A DNA stretch of 64,000 nt from Octopus sinensis. Its lineage: Eukaryota. The stretch's first letter is position 1, and each line of letters begins with the position of its first letter. Location of the stretch: contig NC_042997.1 in the NCBI RefSeq assembly GCF_006345805.1, positions 108,376,001 through 108,440,000 of the forward strand. The letters are read 5' to 3'. Of the stretch, positions 1 through 12,844 are shown one piece after another. The position numbers were made by a program, and so were the translations under genes. The notes beneath the pieces were generated by a model. That model was not told the DNA's origin. It did no database searches and saw nothing but the letters and a program-made list of their open reading frames with translations.

Positions 1-589
1 AACAGTTCAGCTCTACCACATAGCCATTTCATTTTGATCTGGGATAGATCGTGTATTTTACACTCTGACATTCATTTAGTTGATGGAAATCGATACATGA
101 TCTGAAATTGTCTGATATTCCATCTATTAATTAGAGTGCTACTAATTATCAAATGATATGTAATTGATTAAATCTTCCTGGAGCTGTTGGAATTAGAAAC
201 AGGATATTCTCAAATTGATTGAGGTTACAACTATGTACACTATATTCTGTAACTGACTAGCAACTCATTCAAAGAAAGATATTACTAACATTAGTATTGC
301 TACTGAAAATGCAACTGGACTCTGCAAGATGTGGATAACAACAGTATTTTCTAACCATCTGTCGCCATTCCAAAGAATTGTCTGTTCTGATTCATCACTA
401 ATAATAATAATAATAATAGTAATAATAATATTTTCATAAAACTTTTATGAAAGGACACATGTCAAATTAATCATCATCCTATGATGATGACATGTCAAGC
501 TAATGAGTGGTTTTCACAAATGAAAATATTTACTGCTGAAGAGTTATTTAGAATAATAAAAATTAAAATAGGGTCTCTTCATGTAAATC

Positions 590-900
590 GTACACACACA
601 CACACACACACACATACATATTTATAAATACATTCATTTACATTTATGAATGCATATATGTGTGTGTGTATAACTCTTACATTATGATTGTACACACACA
701 CACAAATATATATGTGTGTGTGTATATATATATATGTGTGTGTGTATATATATATGTGTGTGTATATATATATATATATGTGTGTATATATATATGTGTG
801 TATATATATATGTGTGTGTATATATATATATATATGTGTGTATATATATATATGTGTGTATATATATATGCATACATATATATTTGTGTATGTGTGTGTA
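590..900. repeat. compound (CA)n/(TA)n/(TG)n microsatellite
   Basis: Direct reading; it generates the stack of YIYI/VCVY ORFs at 579-964. Confidence 0.95.
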
Positions 901-1290
901 CTATCATACTGTAAGAGTTGTAAATATATTAAGGTATTTTTTCCATAGTTCAAACTTTACCTGATATTGAACTTAAAATAGTGTGTAGAGTGAATAGACA
1001 ATAATTCCATGAGAAGTTGAGTTTTGAGCTCAGCTGAGCAACTCATATGTTGTTGTTGTTGCTGTCGTCGTCATCATCATCATCTTTATTGTTCCAACAT
1101 GCACTTCTCTATGCTTGACATGAACCAGATGGAAATCATTGCCCTTTCTGTCACCAACCCTTATTTGTTTCCATTCCTCACCATGGCTGGACATGTTTCC
1201 ATGCAAGAATGAAAATTTACAAAAATGGCTTGCAGATGTGATGCTGCTGCTCATTTACAGCCATCACATATCAAGACTAGGAAACTCAAG

Positions 1291-1343
<53 letters not shown>

Positions 1344-1371
1344 CTATACATATTCATCCATGTATCTATCT

Positions 1372-1570
1372 CATCATCATCATCATTTGACATCTGTTTT
1401 CCGTGCTGGCATGGGCTGGCAACCCAGAGAGCTGCACCAGGCTCCATTTGTTTGTCTGTTTTGGCATGGTTTCTACAGCTAGGTGCCCTTCCTAATGCCA
1501 ACCACTTTACAGAGTATACTCGGTGCTTCTGGCTTGGCACCAACAGCAATGAAGTCACTTGCAAGACAAA
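1372..1570 (-). mobile_element. truncated 3' end of the octopus RTE-LINE/SINE tail family (degenerate)
   Basis: (CAT)n tail followed by ttttccgtgctggcatggg...gcccttcctaatgccaaccact, the same tail found on the RTE copy at 25610-27830. Confidence 0.75.
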
Positions 1571-1679
1571 GAGTGGGGAGTGGTATTGAAGTGGTGGGGG
1601 GGGGGGTAATTCTATTGCTATTATAGAAGACCCTTGCCTGAGGTGTCACACAATGGCACTGCAACCCCTGTCATGCCTG

Positions 1680-2075
1680 CAGCTGTGTGGCTCAGTAGCT
1701 CTCTTCAAAACCTCACCATTAGGGGTTCAGTCCCACTGCATCAACACTGTTGGTTACCTCCTTCAGCCATGGGTTGACCAATTCCTTGTAAGGGAAAATG
1801 GTAACGGAAGAAGCCTGTCCTGTGTGTGTGGCTGTGCATTTCCACCTCATCATGATAGGTTTGCATGAGGATGGACACAAGAACATCATCATTCTTGCAG
1901 ATGGAGTAATTCATTTGCTATTCACTGTAAAAACATATGTGGGTTTCTTGAAACAAAAGCCTCACCAGTTGTACAAAACAAAGAAAGGGCTGGGGTCGAT
2001 TCATTCGACTAAAATCCTTCAAGGCAGTTCCCCAGCATGGCCCCACTCTAATGACTGGAACAAGTAAAAGATAAA
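1680..2075 (+). mobile_element. degenerate tRNA-derived SINE
   Basis: tRNA-like head (gctgtgtgg...ggttcagtcccactgca) and the 3' segment ...cccagcatggcc...aatgactggaacaagtaaaagataa shared with the SINE at 60330-60745. Confidence 0.6.
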
Positions 2076-3607
2076 TATATATATAAACCACACACACACA
2101 CACACACACACACACACCACACACACACACACACACAGTGGTTTGTTTAGTCATGTTTACATCTGATTTTTCATGATAGCTTGGTTAGACAGACATGGTG
2201 TTCAGGTATTTTTTTTACAGCCAGATGCCTTTTCTGATGCTAACACTTACCTATATTTCAAGTAAGGGATTTTTTTTATTCTCCACAGTTTCAAAGGGAT
2301 GAAGTGAGTAGACAAGCCATTGACAACACAACACTGAATGACATTCAAATAAACAAGCGCAGATGTATATCCAGGCACACATGCATGTGTGGATGCACAC
2401 ACACACACTTATATGCAGTCATATTATATGCATATATATATATATGTGTGTGTGTGTGTGTTGTACTAATTTGCTGGAACTATTACTCATATGTTTAATA
2501 CAAAATTGGATGTTTCGTTTTAAATTTCCATAACAAAAATTTTCTCTTCCTGTTTTTTATTTTCTTTGGGATTTTCTTAAATTATATTTTATTTATTTAT
2601 TCCATTTTTCCATTTCCCTCTAAACTTCTACTTTGTGTTGCAAAATTGGTAAAAAATTTTCATTGAAGAACATGTCTGGTATTATTCCATAACTTCTTGC
2701 CATATTCATGTATTTGGTAGCTAAAACTGCTTCACCGTAATTTTTACAAGAGAAAGGTTTCTCTTTGTTTTGTCAAAATATTCTATCCAATTTCTTCTCT
2801 TTTCTTAAATTTGATGCCAACCAAATTGTTTTTGTTATTTACCTTGCAATTCCATCCAAAGTGTTGAACCAGAAAAAGATGAGATCCCAAATGTAGAAAT
2901 ATTGTTGATTCCTTGTAAATAAAATGATAACTTGTATGCTTGTTAGATATTATCTGCTCAAGGAGGGCTCACTGTCGACACATCACAACCGTTTTTAGTT
3001 TTTATGATTTCAGTTCAAAACTTTGAACTTTATCAAACACAAAAGAAGAAAAAAAAAAGAAAACCATTTTAATTAGCACTTGTTAACAAAGGCAATCCAT
3101 TATTTCTTTATTATGAATTGTTTTCAACAGTTTTAATTAACGAGTTTTATTTATCTGTGTTCTAGAAGAGCTGTTTTTGATTTAAAGAAAAATAAAAGAT
3201 TATTTATTTGAATATTTCAGTTTTATTTTGACTTCAGTAACGTTGAATCACCAAGCATAAACATTTTGTTATTTTCCTCTTCATTTTTCTTTTCTCTGTT
3301 TGACTAATTGACAAATATATCTATTTAATCCTAACCCTGAATAATTATCTTAATTAAAAAATATTCTATTATCTGAACAGTCTGAAAAGTAGAAATATAT
3401 TACAAGTTTTTGTTTGTTTTACTCTCTAATTGCAAAATATTCTCTTGCATGTCTCATATTCTTGATTCCCCCACACACAAACACTTATCGCGGTGCTATT
3501 ACATCATAACAGAGAAATGAAATCATGATAACTGCTTTCAAACATGTTTCTTTCAATATCAACTTAGAGACATTACTTTAAGTTTTTTCTTTGGTTCTAT
3601 TACATTA

Positions 3608-3640
<33 letters not shown>

Positions 3641-4444
3641 TTCTTATGTCAAGTTATATAAGAAAAACAAGGTAACATGAAATGGAAGGATTACCCAGTA
3701 TTTTTTAGTAGAGAACACATTCAGTAAACTTTTAAAGGAAAATTGCTGACAGTAACTTCAAAGTTTCAGTTTGCTTGCTTTCATCAGACTCTTATGAAGG
3801 CAAGCTAGTTGAAACTTTGAAGTCACTGTCAACCGTTTCTTTGTAAAAGTTAACACACACACACACACACATATGTATATAAGCAAACAAAATGGGAGAG
3901 TTAGGAAACAAGAAGAGTTTTAATAATTCCGTAGAGGTTACAGCTGTTTCATAATCCACTCAGAATTATATCATCAATTTCAATGTAGAGATATATATAA
4001 ACACACATGGAATATATATATATATATATATATTATACACAAACAGACAATGCATCCATATGCATATAATGATATGGTGATGATGTAGAGAAGAAAGAAG
4101 ACTACAGCCACAGACCATATGAGGAAGAATGCCTCAAAGACTCTGCAGATATTAGTATAATAGTGATTCATGATGTGGAATGGATAGAATAATAGAGAAA
4201 TTAATAAGGCAGATGGTAATTAATCAAAAAACAAGACAAAACAACAAAGTCCGTGAAAAATGGAGATTTGCACATAGCAAATCATTTACCTGACAAGGAC
4301 ACCTCCAAAATCAAATACATCCACACACTCTCTCTCGCTCCTTTTCTCTCTCTACTTCTCTCTCCCTTTCACTTTCTATCTCCTCTCTCTCTCTACTTCA
4401 CTGTCTGTCTTCTCCCTACTTCTCTCTCTCTCTCTCTCTCCCTA

Positions 4445-4900
4445 AATGGACAGTGGAGAGATGATGCTGTTCTCATTTCAAATGTCCCTGATGATGGAAC
4501 CATTTAAATCTAAAACATATTCCACCAAAAAAAAAAGGGGGGGGGCCGCTGCTGCTTTGCAATTCTTATCCTTTGTATTTAAAATCATGGACATTTGGAG
4601 TTGCAAAGTTTGTATTTTTGATGCCAGAGTCAAATGGTGAATTCTGAAACTGCAGATTATTTAGAACATTCGCAGATCTCTTGTACAAGTCACCTAAAAC
4701 CTGCAGCTCAACCAGACGTGTTGATATTGGTGAACCCCATTGACACAGTGGATTGTTGTGACAATAAGGAGGATTCACTTCCCATGCAGAGTGTTTCAGA
4801 TATCTTCTTACACTCCAACCTTGTTAGGGTTTAAAGTCAACACTATGAAACACTAGTGAAACACTTGTTAATGATACACTTCTCCCACTGCTTGCAGTGG
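4445..4900 (-). mobile_element. degenerate Penelope-like element fragment (GIY-YIG region)
   Basis: The minus-strand peptide PYCHNNPLCQ...GIKNTNFAT..VHDFKYK resembles the CNC..CPL / YIG..F.TR..H.SF motifs of PLE endonucleases; heavily decayed. Confidence 0.45.
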
Positions 4901-4999
4901 TCAGCTGATCTACTCCATATTACTTATTTCTAACTAGGTTAATGACCAGGGTTTAGTATGTTGGCCCCAAATGGACACAGTACAGTGCTAATAGTAGTT

Positions 5000-5385
5000 G
5001 TAGTGGGACGGGGGTGGGGGGTATGTGCTGTAACAACACATCACTGCATCCATCATTTGTTGGTGATTTCCTACAACCCCTGGCAGATGATACTGTTGCA
5101 CCGCTCAGGCAACAACTCTCCAACCTGTGGGTTTATCATGAGTAGTTGTTGCTGGTGAAGGTTTTACATGGTCACAGTGCAAATCCTACCCCAACCTCTT
5201 TTATGACAAGGGAAATATTGGGTCCATTCTTTGACATGCTGGTCCCCACACAGCATTTCAGCAATGTGAAATGCAGTGTTTTTCTCAAGAGCATAATATA
5301 CTGCCTTGTCTGGAAAACGAACCCACAAACTTCTAATCAGGACTGCAGCACCCTAAACACTAAGCTATGCACCTTCACACTGCTA
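5000..5385 (-). mobile_element. tRNA-derived SINE, same family as 25241-25560
   Basis: The reverse complement reads gtgcatagcttagtgtttagggtgctgc...gggttcgttttccagac...tgctcttgagaaaaacac, matching the head and central domain of the copy at 25241. Confidence 0.6.
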
Positions 5386-6769
5386 GTCATTGCAGCCAAT
5401 CCTTTAAGCAGTCAGTTCCACCATCTTGGTTGCAATTATTATTTCATGAGCTTTTAACTCTAAAAACTCGTTAGCTCTTCTCTAATGAACAAAGTTATGT
5501 AAGGAATCACCAACATTAATTGCTATTTTATTATAAGACAAACACACTTTGAAACTATTTCTAACATAATTCAGTTAATTGGTTAATTAGAGAGTGGGGT
5601 GGGATAGGAGGAGAAACCATTTTAACTGTGATTTAATTTCAAAAATAAATTTTACAGATTAATTAGTTTTGATATTTAAATGAAAGTACATGTTAAATAT
5701 AAGATGATTTTGCATATATAAATGTTTTTTATAAGCTAATAATGATAATGATAATAATAATGATAATTAATAATTAGTTACTATTTATTGGCAGGTTTTA
5801 TGTTGTGGTATTTCAATGGTGTTTACTGGGCTGACAATCATAGTTTTCTTATTTATTATATTATAATAATCTGTTGTTTTTTTTTTGTTGTTTTTTTTTT
5901 TTTTTTGTTTTTGGTTTTCTTTTATTAGAAAATAAATTCTAGAGAAAGAAGCTTTTTTTGTTCTGAAATGTATTTAAAAAGAGGAAAGATATCTAGCCAT
6001 TCCTTCATGAAAAGTTTGTTTCACTAAATGCTCTACTAAATATTATTAAAATCATGATAAAATACGATAATCTTATATTTATGTAACTTTTCAGTCAAAC
6101 TATTTTTCTGCCATATTTTGGTTTTTCAAAACAAAGAAAAAACGTTTCTAATCAGTGAAAAATTAACTTTTCTCTTAAATTTGGAATAAAGCAGGCTTTA
6201 TCATGATCAACCTTAAAATATTGACTTTTTAATTTTTTTTTTATGTATTTTAGAGAATTCATTCTCCTGGAAAATGTTATTTTTTTAAAACTATTTTTCT
6301 TGTTGTTGTTGCTTTATTTACTTTTTATTTTTTAAACATAACCGAATGATCCCAACTAGTTAAACTTTACAACTAATTAGTCATTAATCTACTCTAGGTT
6401 AATTAAAATATGTTGAAAGAATTGCAGTGAACACCTTTCTTATTTTTATGTTTAGATTTTCTTACTGTTTTTTTTTTAATTAACTTTAAAATGTTTTTCC
6501 AAGTTCCTTCATTTCTTTCCAAATGCTGCTTCCTTCCTGTTGCATAAAACTGTTCTCTTTCCTTACCAAGGGATTACTATGGAAACAGCTATTAGTTCTT
6601 AAAATTCTTGATATTATTATGATTATTGTTATTATTATTATTATTATTATTATTGTTATGTTTTTGCCAAATGTTCAATAAATAGTTACAAGTTATTAAC
6701 TTTGAAAAAAAAAAGTTGTTCTTGTTCATTTTTCTTGTCTTTTTTTATATATATATATATCTTTACAAA

Positions 6770-7200
6770 TCTTGTCCTTCACCAAACAGTTGATGTTTCT
6801 GCTGTGATAGAATCAAATCTGGTGCCATCCACGATTCTCTGTATTCATTGGTAGATTGTCACTCACCTCTGCAATTGCTAATCATTGACACAAAGATCCA
6901 CAAGACCATCATTTCCACATTGGCTGGAAATGGTTTTAACTTTCTGTCTAAAACTGAGACTTTATTCTAAACCCTGGTGCCTTCTTGAATATTTCCCAAG
7001 TAATTCTAGCAGGTTCATTTGGTATTCTCATACACACTAAACATGTCATTGTGTTCCCTAGGGCTCAATGATGTAATGAGCTTTTATACTGGTGTAGGTA
7101 ATGACATTGGATGAGGGCGGTGTGAGTCATACATAGCTTGTTAGTGTGTTTGTTGGTAGACATCCCATTGTTATTGAATTGGGTCTCGGGAAATATTATT
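6770..7200 (-). mobile_element. degenerate Penelope-like element fragment (C-terminal endonuclease region)
   Basis: Remnant TWEIFKKAP-like and DLC-like motifs on the minus strand; several stops and frameshifts. Confidence 0.35.
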
Positions 7201-7624
7201 TCCATGTTCAAAATATGAAACTGTTGTTAGTATTCTTGAATTTACCATTATTATTTATTTACTTATCATTTTCTCTCTCTCTCTCTTCCCTCTCTCTCTT
7301 ACTTTCTATCTTTCCTTATATAAAGAAAGGGAAAGAGTGATAGAAAGTAAGAGAAATCCTATATATAACATGTGTAAGATTATGCGGCAAAGAGAGATAT
7401 GCAGACAAGATGTGGAATCAGGCAAGCAAAGGTCTGTGACTGGAAAACCGTACAAATAGAAAGCAAAAATGCAACAATCAAAGACATAAACAATGAAAAT
7501 AAACATGTTTAAAAGGAAAAAAACAAGTGAATCTAACGTTCTGGGTGAGAGCCTTTATTAAAGGGAAAGGATAAAGAGAAGCAAGAGATAGAGGAAATAT
7601 GTACACATCTTAAATTTGGTGTTG

Positions 7625-9220
7625 CATATTTTTTCTCTTGTCTTCTTCAGGCTGATGGTCAACCTGAAATCTTGACAAGCTCTTGTGAGACTTTCCAGGC
7701 AGATCCTTCTCCTAATTGGTTACCAGTGCTATTTCATCTGTAAATGTCTCTGGTGAGCACTCCACATACTTTGGTTATTTTTCTTTTTCCTTCAGTCAAG
7801 ACAGATTGAGCAGTTTCTCATTTGATTTTGTGTGAAGATAACACCACCAGTTGATGTTCTAAAGGCATGACAGCAAAGAAGATATCAAACAGAACAGAAA
7901 CAAGCATACAGCCCTGTTCCACTCCACTGCAGAAACTGAATGATTCTGAGAAAGAGCCAGTGAATTGAATAATTCTTTCCGTATATGTGGAATGAATGAA
8001 AAATCTTCAATAAACATCTGATATTGACAAAGATTTTGAATAGGTTGTCTCTGTTCTCAAGGTTGGAGGCCTTTGTGAGGTCAGTGAAAGCAATGTTAAG
8101 TGATCGTCTTTGCAATTTGCAGTTACCTTGCTGTTGTCATGGAGGTAAGATGATGTCACATGTGGATTATTCTGGTTGGAACCTGCCGTGAAAGTCAGAG
8201 TCTTCATTTTCAGCAATTTTCTTCAATCTATGACCAGATAAACAGAGACTTTTCTTGCCAATGCCCAGCAAGAAGATTCCTCTGTAATCATTGCATTCAT
8301 TACAATTTCCTTTGTTCTTGAACAGAGCAACTGTCTTGCATTCTTGCAATCTTCTGTGGAACTGCTCCTTCAGTAGTTTGTTTAGGTGCCACAACAGGAT
8401 GCTCTTTGCACATTTGATGGCCTACGATGGAATGTCATCCAATCCTGGTACCTTGCCAGTGTGAAGACAATCAACAGTGTTTCTCACTTCCTTGGTAATT
8501 GACAGTCTATCCAGTTCCTCCCTCACTGGCAAACATTCCATGATGTTTAACACACTGAGATGGTGTTCTCTGTAGAGTTTGGAATAATTCTCTACTTGTC
8601 TTTCCACCTGCTTCTCTTTGTCTTTGATGGTCTCGTCCGTTATGGTTTTCAATGGTGCTGTCATGGTTGGGTTGATGACCCCCAAACATTCCATGGAAGT
8701 CACCTGTATCAAATGATGATTAAATACCTTTGCAAAGTTATGGCGTCTGGCTGTTCTTAATACTTGCAATGTTACCTGGTTTGGTCAGCATTGATATTTT
8801 GTATAGTTCAGTATGCTTTGCCTCATTAACACTGGTCAACTTGACCGAACTTGTTTCAAGCCAGTCCTCTGCTTTGCTTTTTTTCTTACCAATGACCTTC
8901 AGTGCAGCAATGTGAATCGTATTCCTTCTAAAAATCCCATCTCGTCTGTGCCTCCCTGTTTCATGTTGGCACCTGCAGGGAGCTCCTCCTGTAATCTGGT
9001 GAACTTTTCTGCCTTACCTGGATATCGTATTTTACTGACATCAGTGCACTGTTTTCTGGGTCGTTTCCTATGATGTATCTTCTTTGATTGAAGTTTGATC
9101 TTGCAGCAAACCAAAGAGTGATCTGTATCACAGTCAGCTCTCTGGAATGATAGAATCATGAGAACATTCCTCAAATGGCAATGTCTTGTCATTATCAGGA
9201 CTAGTTGGCAGCAATGTTGA
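7625..9220 (-). mobile_element. RTE (BovB-like) LINE internal fragment, pseudogenised
   Basis: Endonuclease-end motif ADCDTDHSLVCCKIKL; RT motifs HTGKVPGLDDIP, NDYRGIFLLGIGKK, AFTDLTKA and a terminal ISLKKT. Frameshifted and truncated at both ends. Confidence 0.85.
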
Positions 9221-11900
9221 AACGACGTTTGATCAGGACGCGATGAATTGTCTGGCACCAACATTGTGCCAGGATGGTACCGTAAAGGAGTTCAGCAGAG
9301 GAGAAACCTAAGTCTGTTTTAACAACAGTGTGACAATCAAGAAGAACGATAGGCAGGAATTCTGTCCAAGACTGTGGATCAGGAGTGGCGCGTAGAGCAG
9401 CCTTCAGTTGCCTGTGAAAACGTTTGACCATTCCGTTGGAAGATGGATGGTAGCTGGTCATACGAATGTGATGAACGCCTAGGATTCGTGACAATTCACA
9501 AAATAAGGAAGCTTCGAACTGGCATCCGCGATCAATGATTATTTTAGCTGGGACACCAAAGCGAGCAATCCAGTTAGAAACAAAAGCGCAAGAAACTGAC
9601 TCAGCGGAAATGTCCACTATTGGAACGGCTTCAGGCCAACGAGAGAGACGATCGACACATGTCAATATATAAGAGAAATTGACTGATAGGCCATGGTCCA
9701 ACCAGATCAATGTGGACATGGCGAAAGTGAGTCTCCAGCAGAGAAAACTGTCCAAGAAGAGCGCGAATGTGCTTGTGGACTTTAGAATGCTGGCATTTCA
9801 CACAAGAGTGTGCCCAAGCGGTGATCATACGGTGCATATTAGGCCAGAAAAACCGATCCGTAATAAGCTTCACTGAGACAACGATGCCAGGATGTGACGG
9901 TGAATGCAAAGCATCGAAAACAGAATGCTGGTGAGTCGCAGGTACAAACGATCTGGGAGAACCAGTAGCTTGGTGGGAGTTAGATCCAATGTGTCCAGAA
10001 CTGGCTGACCCTGCGCAATGGCAGTTAAACCGATTGCAGCAAGAATTGAAAGATAACCTACAGCGAGACGAGAGAGTGCGTCAGCAGGCAGGTTCTCTGT
10101 TCCAGCTATATGGCGAGTGTCACTCGTGAACTGAGAAATGTAGACCAGGTGAGGAAAAGCACGAGGCGAGTGTTTGTCCGATTTGGATGACAGAGCAAAC
10201 GTAAGAGACTTGTGATCAGTATAAATCACAAAATCCCGGCCCTCAAGTTGATGTTGAAAGTGACGAATTGACAGGGAGATCGCTAAGAGTTCACGATCAA
10301 ATGTACTGTAACGACGCTCAGCTGGCTGTAATTGACGAGAAAAAATGCCAATGGCCGAGTTTGTCGACGGTATGTTGCAAAACAGCACCAACCGCAGAAT
10401 CCGATGCATCAACTGTTAAAGAGAGACAAGCATAAGGAGCCGGATGTGCAAGCAAGGGAACAGAAGCTCTTTCCTTCTTAATGGACTCAAACGAAGATAA
10501 TGCCTCGGCAGAGAGAGTGATAGGAGCATCTCTCTTTGTATTTGCTTTCAGCAGTTGAGTCAATGGAAGTAACTTGCCTGCATATTTACGTATGAATCTT
10601 CTATAGAAGTTGACGATTCCCAAAAAGTGACGCAATTGGCGTAGATAAGTGAGATGCGTTAAATTGCATCAATATTGGAAGAGTGAGGTCTGATGCCATT
10701 TGAGTCGATATAATGCCCAAGAAATTCCAGAGAGGACTGTCCGAAAACGCACTTATTGGGGTTGATTCGCACATTGTACGTGCGAAGAGGCTGAAAAGGT
10801 TGAGATATGTGTTGGAGACGATTTTCATGCGTGTCGTTAGCTATGAGCAAATCATTGATGTAAGCGAACACAAAATCAACTTGGTCAATAAATCTCTGGA
10901 ATGTGCTCGTTGCATTCTACAAACCGAAGCTCATAAACAGGAAATCGAAACTTCCAAAGGGGGTGGTAACGGCAGTTTTGAGAATGTCGTCAGTGTTCAT
11001 TGGAATCTGATGATAAGCTTGGACGAGGTGAACCTTGGAAAAAATGGTACAACCATGCAAGTTTGAAGAAAAATCCTGAAGATTTCTTATGGGATAGCGA
11101 TCGGGAACAGTGACCGCATTTAAACGTCTGTAATACCTTACCTGGCGAAAGTTAGAATCCCCTTTCCGTGCCAAATGAAGAGGAGATGCCCAAGGGCTGG
11201 TAGAGGGGCGAATAAGGCCGATTTGAAGCATATTCTCAAATTCAGAACGAGCCTGTTCGATCTGATCAGGAGTGGACACGAAAATACGAGTGGTCCAGAA
11301 GTAATGATATAATGGTGAGTCGAGTGTGTGACTTTTACTGATTTGAAAGTCGGATCTACCAGCTCTGGGTAAGAAGCCAAAATGGAGTGGAACTGGTCAC
11401 CAGCGGTGGTGACAAAAAATGACGGACTGAAAACAGCATTAGTAGTAACACGAGTTGGCATAAAAAAAGACGTAGAATCGTCCACGAGTCTCTGTCGCCT
11501 GACATCTACTAATAAGTGAAAATGGTTTAAGAAGTCTGCGCCCAGAATGAGATATGGTAGATCTGCTATAACGAAAACCCACCTAAAATCCCTTCGAAGG
11601 TTGAGATCTAGGTGTAATGAGACCTGACCGTAAGTTTTTATCGGGGACAGATTCACCGCGTGCAGGTTGATGGCAGATTGCTTTGGCTTGTCTGAAATAA
11701 AATGCAAAAGCCAAATAGAACAGCTGGATCCAGTGTCAACCATGAACGATTTGTCAGACACACGATCCTTAACAAAGAATGCACGATTAGATGAAAATTT
11801 GCGGGAAGAATCTGACGTGCTCAAATCTTCCATAACTAGTTTCCCTACAACTTGAACAAACAGGTTGGATGCAACGGCGGGCTTACTCTTTGAAAGTGAT
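9221..11900 (-). pseudogene. pol: Gypsy pol remnant (protease, RT, RNase H, integrase)
   Basis: ORF pieces 11138-12001, 10917-11279, 10659-10871, 10318-10635, 9870-10412, 9631-9909 and 9201-9755; the RT catalytic motif reads YIND rather than YIDD. Confidence 0.9.
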
Positions 11901-11952
11901 ATGGTACCAGCAGATATTGGAAACCATTGGAGTAGATCTAGTCGACCGTGAC

Positions 11953-12600
11953 TTAGAACGGCTTCTGCTGAGGACGATGAGAGCTGGTGGGTTCTCGCCA
12001 CAATGTGTCCATGCGACGTGCTAGTGCACCGACTTTCTCCAAAATATCGTCATGTGACGAGGGAGAAAACTTAGTGGTAATAGAGGAAGCTACTACAGTG
12101 TCAGAACAGGTATGATGATGTGCAGGCTGCACAGTGGACTCAATAATTTTGTCCGCCATGGTGGCTAACTGGTCGAGCGAATTCGAGTCGACTGCTGTGG
12201 CCAGTATAGATTGGCCATTCGGAGGCAGCCAAGAGAAAAATAATTTTCAGAGTAGAGAATTGTCCTCTGCCGATGTGTCGCTGAGTTCACGTAAACGACG
12301 AAGAAACTCAGATGGCATCCTGTCTCCCAGGTGCTCATCCTGTATCAGCGTCTGGAATTTGCTGTTGGCAGATTGGGTGTTCTGTCGGAGAACTGCAGAT
12401 TTAACGGACGCGTAAGTCGCGTCCGGACGTGGATCAGTGATAAGATATTTCACTGAGCGTGCAAGAGGGGCAGGCATCCCAGAGTACAATAGACTTAGTT
12501 GCTGTTGGTGAGGCACCGCATGGGCCGAAAAACAGGCGTCCAACAGGGAGAACCAAAGCGTGACGTCACCAGAGTACGCTGGTAAGTGGGGAAGACTCAT
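11953..12600 (-). pseudogene. gag: Gypsy gag remnant
   Basis: ORFs 12247-12600 and 11953-12159 carry the gag motifs listed for the element; interrupted by a stop or frameshift. Confidence 0.8.
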
Positions 12601-12844
12601 TTTCTTTCTTTACAAAGGAGGGAAAAGAAAAGGACCAAAGAACCGACAAAGTGTTGCTGGAACAGTAACGTGTATGCAAAAAATGAAAAAAATTTACTTA
12701 GAATTTTTTTCTTTTTTTTTCTTTGTGTACTGTGTGCAACAATGAAAAGAGAAATTTTTTTTTTAGTCGCTAAACCTGTGTTGTAGTCCACTGAAAAAAA
12801 ATTTTTTTTCAAGGTGTCCGAAAATGGCGGGCGAACTGGTAAGT

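Larger units (their letters stand above)
9221..12840 (-). mobile_element. Ty3/Gypsy LTR retrotransposon internal region (CsRn1-like), frameshifted, no LTRs found
   Basis: Domain order gag-PR-RT-RNaseH-IN. gag LPAYSGDVTLWFSLLDACF, LGDRMPSEFLRRL and a CWYH..C motif; PR VDTGS; RT SPWASPLH, DRYPI, TPFG, YIND; RH DASD, RRYSTFDRELLA, IYTDHK; IN HHPG-like motif, HIDLVGP, DRGCQF, YHPSSNGMV.RFHR. Confidence 0.95.

Noticed and set aside
2540-3010. Possible decayed transposon coding remnant
   Set aside because: No diagnostic motif could be read with confidence in any frame.
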